From NCBI GenBank assembly GCA_949283025.1, contig CASDRB010000005.1, positions 23,588 to 87,587 on the forward strand: DNA of 64,000 bases, in the 5' to 3' direction. Of this stretch, positions 62,800 to 64,000 are shown in pieces. Below the pieces are notes generated by a model. The model was not told the DNA's origin, made no database searches, and saw only the letters and a program-made list of their open reading frames with translations. The stretch is from an uncultured bacterium. GTDB taxonomy: Bacteria > Bacillota_I > Bacilli_A > RFN20 > CAG-826. A program made the translations under genes and the position numbers. Position 1 is the first letter of the stretch. The number at the start of each line of letters is the position of its first letter.

Positions 62800-64000
62800 T
62801 TATTTATTAATATTAGTAACACTAATCGCATCTAAAATTGTCTTTTCTAAAGCTTGCTTTCCGTATTTATCAACTTCAGCAGCGTTTGTAACACCATGCG
62901 TGATATTGCCAGCACCACCGATGCAACCACCTACACAAGCCATTCCTTCAATGAAATTAGATGGTAATAAGTCTTTTCCTTTTTTCATTAAAGCTACTTT
63001 GCAAGCTTCGATGCCATTGCACACTTCTGGTTTGACTTCAAATTCAATATTTTGTTCTTTTAATGATTGTTTCACCGCTTCGCTCAATCCGCCAGACCTA
63101 GCAAAAATTCGACCATAATAAGATGCATTATCCAATACATCTTCTTCTAAGGTGGTTAAATCAATATCTTTCGAATCAATTAAGGCTTGCAATTCTTCAA
63201 AAGTCATAACTGTGTCAACTATGCCTTTTAATTTATCCTTTTTAAATTCCATTTTTTTTGCAGTGCAAGGACCGATAAAGACAACTTTAGAAGTTGGGTC
63301 GGTTTCTTTGATGTATTTTGCTATTGCTCCCATCGGAGATAAATTATGAGAAATATGTTGCTTTAAATTTGGAAATTTCTTTTCGATATAATCAACAAAA
63401 GCAGGACAGCAGGAAGAAGTTAAAAAGCCTTTTTGTGCCAATTCTTTTGCTTCTTCATATGCGACCATATCGGCACCTAAAGCTACTTCAATAACACTAT
63501 AAAATCCAAGTTGCTTTAAACCAGCAATAACTTGCCCTAATTTCGCGTAGCGAAATTGACTAGATATAGATGGAGCGACAACAGCATAAACTTTATATTT
63601 AGTGTTATTTTGTGATTTTAAAATAAAATCGATGACATTGGTAATATAAGATTTATCCATAATTGCGCCAAATGGACACTGATAAGAACAAGCACCGCAT
63701 GAAATACATTCGTCGTTATTTATTTGAGCATGTTTATCCTCACTCATTGATATAGCTTTGATTTTACAAGATGCTTCGCACGGACGCTTATAAGAAATGA
63801 TAGCATTATAAAAACATGCTTTAGCGCACATCCCACATTCTACACACTTGTTTTTATTAATAACGGCGCGATGATTATCATCAAAGCTAATTGCATTTAA
63901 ACGGCAGGCTTCTTCACAACGATGGGCCAAACAACCTCGACATGCATCGGTAACATGATATCCACCAGTTGGGCAATCATCGCAAGCTATATCGATAACT
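62800..64000 (-). CDS. [FeFe]-hydrogenase H-cluster-domain protein with N-terminal 4Fe-4S ferredoxin-like clusters (5' end outside window)
   Basis: H-cluster motifs L1 TSSCCPAF, L2 GPCTAKKME, L3 MACVGGCIGGAG, and multiple CxxCxxCxxxCP ferredoxin motifs. The frame stays open to nt 64000; the ORF-track M is a TTG. Confidence 0.75.
   Translation of the reverse strand, partial: VIDIACDDCPTGGYHVTDACRGCLAHRCEEACRLNAISFDDNHRAVINKNKCVECGMCAKACFYNAIISYKRPCEASCKIKAISMSEDKHAQINNDECISCGACSYQCPFGAIMDKSYITNVIDFILKSQNNTKYKVYAVVAPSISSQFRYAKLGQVIAGLKQLGFYSVIEVALGADMVAYEEAKELAQKGFLTSSCCPAFVDYIEKKFPNLKQHISHNLSPMGAIAKYIKETDPTSKVVFIGPCTAKKMEFKKDKLKGIVDTVMTFEELQALIDSKDIDLTTLEEDVLDNASYYGRIFARSGGLSEAVKQSLKEQNIEFEVKPEVCNGIEACKVALMKKGKDLLPSNFIEGMACVGGCIGGAGNITHGVTNAAEVDKYGKQALEKTILDAISVTNINK

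Overview
This is an AT-rich window (roughly 70% A+T) from a low-GC Firmicutes/Mollicutes-like chromosome. It uses the standard genetic code: TGA is a stop and Trp is TGG. It is densely packed with housekeeping genes in blocks that reproduce classic Bacillus synteny. Plus-strand block 1-18.3 kb: rel-hisS-aspS, tkt, asp23-family gene/membrane protein/nusB/xseA/xseB/dxs, dinB, xerCD-family recombinase, deoB, and an ABC substrate-binding lipoprotein plus permease. Minus-strand block 18.4-30.9 kb: yqeG-yqeH-yhbY-nadD::yqeK, parE-parC with a divergent plsY, yneF, efp, nadE, an MBL hydrolase and rpmG (L33, missing from the ORF track). Block 31-35.3 kb: ispG, nfo, a DEAD-box helicase and ispH. Minus-strand block 35.3-57.9 kb: nif3-trmK-sigA-dnaG-glyQS-recO-era-cdd-ybeY, then hrcA-grpE-dnaK-dnaJ preceded by two tandem CIRCE operators, then hemW, lepA, a DinG-like helicase and fmt. 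The window ends with rpsT, holA and a partial [FeFe]-hydrogenase-like gene. No tRNA, rRNA, CRISPR array, IS element or T-box/riboswitch leader was detected. Lineage-specific genes sit inside this conserved backbone. NadE has an N-terminal Phd/YefM antitoxin-like domain and a perfect palindrome in its promoter. A MazF/PemK-fold protein has an N-terminal extension and no antitoxin gene. A C39 peptidase-ABC-TMD protein has no ATPase domain. A Fic-fold protein has a degenerate catalytic motif and sits next to a small TM protein. The DinG/XPD-type FeS helicase has an N-terminal PD-(D/E)xK nuclease domain. HisRS ends in a His/Cys-rich tail. A lipoprotein plus a DUF4143-type AAA ATPase lie between fmt and rpsT. 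A conserved about 20-nt intergenic motif (TAGTA-N6/7-TAGTA) recurs in at least four intergenic regions; two copies share an identical 17-mer. All protein family calls rest on recognisable motifs read by eye; no database search was run.
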